Origin: a virus
Taxonomy: Duplodnaviria; Heunggongvirae; Uroviricota; Caudoviricetes
Virus record (IMG/VR): IMGVR_UViG_2693429774_000016
Length of the DNA stretch: 10,951 bases
Strand: one strand, 5' to 3'
The translations under genes were made by a program, and so were the position numbers. Positions 8,912 to 10,951 of the stretch are shown here, piece by piece (position 1 is the first letter of the stretch; every line of letters begins with the position of its first letter). The notes under the pieces were generated by a model that saw only the letters and a program-made list of their open reading frames with translations, had not been told where the DNA came from and did no database searches.

Positions 8912-8992
8912 ATGTATGCAGATAATGGGGCAGACAGTCGTGGAGTAAACAAGGTTTTGCACTGCTTGGCGGCATCGTTATCTTATTTTTAA
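8912..8992 (+). CDS. Candidate small ORF (26 aa, MYADNGADSRGVNKVLHCLAASLSYF) with a strong Shine-Dalgarno; speculative
   Basis: GGAGG at 8901-8905 sits 6 nt upstream of ATG 8912; stop TAA at 8990-8992. It lies in an otherwise ORF-free arm. No homology recognised. Confidence 0.2.
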   Translation: MYADNGADSRGVNKVLHCLAASLSYF

Positions 8993-9255
8993 TTATGTGC
9001 CTCTTAACATAAGTTGGGACAAAACAGAGACACATAAGGTCTCACAAAGGTCTGCAAGGCCTCACATGTATTGAGATGTTAATAAAATGTAGACTTGTAA
9101 TTTGGATATAAATGGTAGAGAAAACCTTTCCCCAAAATAAAAACGAACGTCAATGAAATCAAACGGTTGAATAAAGTTTATTTTGGCTAATAAAAAGACA
9201 ATAAAATAATTTTTATCGTTAAATATCAATGACTTGAATTCATGGTTTTTATATA

Positions 9256-9420
9256 CTGCTGCGCCATATGGGTTGGACTGAAGCGGCTGACCTGATTGTT
9301 AAAGGTATGGAAGGCGCAATCAATGCCAAGACCGTAACTTATGACTTCGAACGTCTGATGGAAGGCGCTAAGCTGCTGAAATGTTCAGAGTTTGGTGAAG
9401 CGATCATCGAAAACATGTAA
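9256..9420 (+). pseudogene. icdC: Isocitrate dehydrogenase 3' fragment (icdC-type attachment-site duplication), last ~55 codons only
   Basis: Translation [54 protein letters not shown] matches the C-terminus of E. coli Icd as I recall it. The sequence upstream of 9256 is non-coding and AT-rich, so this is an isolated fragment. Its length, about 165 bp, equals the icd duplication known for e14-type integration. Confidence 0.85.
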
Positions 9421-9443
9421 TCTCTCCATGTGTTAAATATTGA

Positions 9444-9475
9444 AACGGGCGTATAACACGCCCGTTGTTTTATTT
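9444..9475 (+). terminator. Rho-independent terminator (icd-type), placed between the convergent icdC fragment and iraM
   Basis: AACGGGCG (9444-9451), loop TATAACA, CGCCCGTT (9459-9466), then GTTTTATTT. Confidence 0.8.
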
Positions 9476-9522
9476 ATGTGGATATTATTAATAGCATATC
9501 GAGCATATTTATATGAAGCCCA

Positions 9523-9846
9523 TTACTTGAGCCCATATGGGCATATTTTTATAATGCAACTATTATGTAAACATTTATTTGTTATTTTGCTTTCTCCTGG
9601 AGGACACTCTTGACTGCTTTTGAGTAAACTCCATAAATCCTTGTTGAATGGTGCGATGTGATAAATAGTAATAGGATATTCTTTATCCTTAAGGATAATA
9701 CCAGACTTAACCGGTGTAAATATACTGCCAGGAGGGAGAAATATAGTAGATTGATACCAGATGATCATTTTCATATTACCCCATATGGCTGAAAAAGATA
9801 TACCACATGTAGGTTGAATTACCGTGTCAATTACTATCCACTTCAT
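9523..9846 (-). CDS. iraM: Anti-adaptor protein IraM (inhibits RssB-mediated RpoS degradation)
   Basis: 107-aa minus-strand [35 protein letters not shown]... matches K-12 IraM (formerly YcgW) as I recall it in length and sequence. Its position next to icdC agrees with the K-12 gene order. Confidence 0.85.
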   Translation of the reverse strand: MKWIVIDTVIQPTCGISFSAIWGNMKMIIWYQSTIFLPPGSIFTPVKSGIILKDKEYPITIYHIAPFNKDLWSLLKSSQECPPGESKITNKCLHNSCIIKICPYGLK

Positions 9847-10309
9847 TTGTTATGTCTTATCCCACGGTATTTAATATGGTTCATTAGGATGTTTATTTCT
9901 TGATTTTGCATATGAGTATATTACCCCCCCCCTCAAAAAAATAAATTAATTAAAATGATGGCTTATATAAAATAAAATTTAAAGCAAGGAATCTCAATGG
10001 ATGTTAAACAAAATGAGATTTTGTGAAAGCAATAAATTATTGACTTCGTTTTAGATTTGTTTAGCTATAATGTTATACATTCAAATGACTGAACATCCTG
10101 TAATTAAAACATAGCCTTTATGCTACTTTGTGCCAATTTGCTAAACATTATGGTTGCCTTTTTATATAACGATAATAATGAATATAAGCATGACATGAGA
10201 ATAAGGTTTCAATTTTTGAGTTATATAGGAATGATTTAACCTGTTCCTGGCTAAAATACATATAACCGGATGATGACTAAACCAAAATACATGTGCGTTA
10301 AGTATTGAA

Positions 10310-10337
10310 ACGGACGTGTGGCACGGCCGTTGTTTTT
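10310..10337 (+). terminator. Second, degenerate icd-type terminator copy (stem-loop plus T-run)
   Basis: ACGGACGTG / CACGGCCGT stem with one mismatch, followed by TGTTTTT. The preceding ~25 nt (CATGTGCGTTAAGTATTGAAACGG) closely resemble the sequence before the 9444 terminator (CATGTGTTAAATATTGAAACGG). Confidence 0.5.
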
Positions 10338-10546
10338 ATAAATATGTTAACCGTTATAAAATAACGTATCAAAAGTCAAGTGATCACATTTCAAATATCA
10401 AGTTGATAGTATTAGTCTGGTGATTATTTATGGGTGACAATAAAAAGACAGTATTAATCATCCATAGAGATAGTCTCTGCACTTTTATTTCCATTATGCT
10501 AATGCCTTACTGAATTATGAAGCATTTCTTAAGTATCCAACTTTAG

Positions 10547-10951
10547 CTAGATTAATGGTTTATTATTTTCTACATCTTCAATATATAAAAGCGTATTATC
10601 AATGGCGTAGTAACTGCGTTTGTTATGATTAACATCAGTAACCCACCGGAAAACGCCCGCACCTGCCAGTGTTGAACAGTATTCCCGAAATGTAGATTTT
10701 CCGCAAATATGAAGCAATGCGGCCTCTTTTATTTTAGCAGGGTTCTTGGTCGTACTAACTTTTAACAGGTTCCTGGTTCCTCTTAATAACAAAACCGTAT
10801 CATCGTGAGTAATAATTCTGATGTTATCCGTAGCCAGATAATAAATGTAATGTGCAATACGGTGATGTTTTAATTCTGAATAAAACCAGGAGAAGTTTTG
10901 CTCTTTTCTCACTTGCTCAAACATCTTTTGAAAAACAACGACCTGATCCAT
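10547..10951 (-). CDS. ycgX: Conserved hypothetical protein (YcgX-like); start codon is the last three bases of the window
   Basis: 134-aa minus-strand ORF beginning at the window edge (reverse complement of CAT at 10949-10951). In K-12 the gene next to iraM is ycgX, a protein of this size. Symbol assigned by synteny and memory only. Confidence 0.6.
   Translation of the reverse strand: MDQVVVFQKMFEQVRKEQNFSWFYSELKHHRIAHYIYYLATDNIRIITHDDTVLLLRGTRNLLKVSTTKNPAKIKEAALLHICGKSTFREYCSTLAGAGVFRWVTDVNHNKRSYYAIDNTLLYIEDVENNKPLI

Noticed and set aside
9256-9420. Reading the icd-like segment as the 3' end of an intact icd gene
   Set aside because: Sequence upstream of 9256 is AT-rich with no Icd-like coding potential. 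Only the terminal ~55 codons are present, so this is the displaced duplicate, not the functional gene end.
10040-10071. Plus-strand sigma70-like promoter (TTGACT ... TATAAT) between iraM and ycgX, which with the 10310 terminator could define a ~250-nt sRNA
   Set aside because: The spacer between the hexamers is about 20 nt, longer than functional promoters tolerate, and the region is so AT-rich that such matches are expected by chance.
9847-10300. PhoP box (direct repeat of TGTTTA half-sites) upstream of iraM
   Set aside because: iraM is known to be PhoP-regulated in K-12, but I found no clean direct repeat with 5-nt spacing on either strand by eye. A proper motif scan is needed.
1-10951. 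CRISPR arrays, rRNA genes or intact tRNA genes
   Set aside because: No spaced identical repeats of 24-40 bp, no rRNA-like conserved blocks and no complete cloverleaf-capable tRNA sequence were seen. Only the tRNA-Pro fragment is present.

Overview
Mosaic prophage remnant ending at an icd attachment scar, in an E. coli-like chromosome. Protein identifications rest on recalled sequences, not database searches. Left to right: 3' end of emrE (1-180); a large serine recombinase, ybcK-like (436-1962); two unrecognised cargo ORFs (2074-2373; 2632-3141, with an N-terminal hydrophobic segment); a decayed lambdoid block with a ninB/ybcN-like 5' fragment joined to a lambda J-like tail-tip fragment (3336-4537) and an intact tfa (4537-5121); a tRNA-Pro 3' relic on the minus strand (5241-5264); a two-gene McrBC-like modification-dependent restriction operon (5455-8555); a 700-bp ORF-poor arm with a triple direct repeat; a 165-bp icd 3' fragment, icdC (9256-9420); then iraM and ycgX on the minus strand. 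The most notable element is the McrBC-like operon: its McrB homolog carries an unrecognised ~400-aa N-terminal domain, and it sits where E. coli K-12 e14 carries mcrA. No rRNA, intact tRNA or CRISPR array was seen.
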